Shown one piece after another: positions 63,684 through 64,000 of a DNA stretch of 64,000 nt. The first letter of the stretch is position 1. Each line of letters starts with the position of its first letter. Location: NCBI RefSeq assembly GCF_018350175.1, contig NC_058368.1, positions 205,160,001 through 205,224,000 of the forward strand. The letters run 5' to 3'. This DNA is from Felis catus (taxonomy: Eukaryota). A program made the position numbers and the translations under genes. The notes below the pieces were generated by a model. It was given only the letters and a program-made list of their open reading frames with translations, searched no databases and had not been told where the DNA came from.

Positions 63684-64000
63684 TATAGGAGGCCTCATGA
63701 TTGCTCTGCCCAGATTCACTCTACTGGGCTGGAATAACCATCCCCTGGCTCTCATGCCTTAGCAGTCATTAGTGGCTCACAGCTATTTCCTTCCTCCAAA
63801 TAGGAGCCATTATAATAACTCCAGGGGGCAGCAACCCATGGTGACACTGGACAAGCTGGTGAAATTCATGCTCCATTGCTTGCAGTGGAACCAGACTTTT
63901 TCCAGCTGGTCTCCAGCTGAGACCACATCCTTTCTTAGTTCCTCCCTCTGTCCTATCCTTCTCTCACTATCCACCCCCACCCTCTTCTGAAATCACTTCC
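63684..64000 (+). mobile_element. 3' LTR of ERVL provirus (LTR16-like), running off the window
   Basis: Follows degenerate purine tract acaaggcaggtac; gtggctcacagct...cagctgagaccacatcc...tcctatcctt parallels the 5' LTR. Confidence 0.72.

Overview
AT-rich mammalian genomic DNA from a carnivore, most likely a felid: it carries young SINEC_Fc-type Can-SINEs and L1_Fc-type 3' ends. I recognise no host protein-coding exon, RNA gene or CpG island. Most long ORFs in the track are pieces of L1 ORF2, ERVL pol or SINEs, and the rest look like chance ORFs. The window reads as intronic or intergenic DNA layered with transposons: about 30 Can-SINEs, L1s of several ages, MIR and L2 relics, MaLR and LTR16 LTRs, hAT/Tc2/Tigger DNA transposons, and a deleted two-LTR ERVL provirus at the right edge. 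The most notable structures are: (1) an L1 with a 49-bp target duplication and an internal jump of about 1.3 kb; (2) a young L1 inserted into an older L1 and truncated at the homologous position; (3) a long and a MITE copy of one Tigger-type family; (4) repeated reuse of identical insertion sites; (5) several perfect palindromes and micro-duplications. I found no novel multi-gene system that the sequence supports. Family and subfamily names come from recalled consensus motifs, not a database search, and boundaries of old repeats are approximate.
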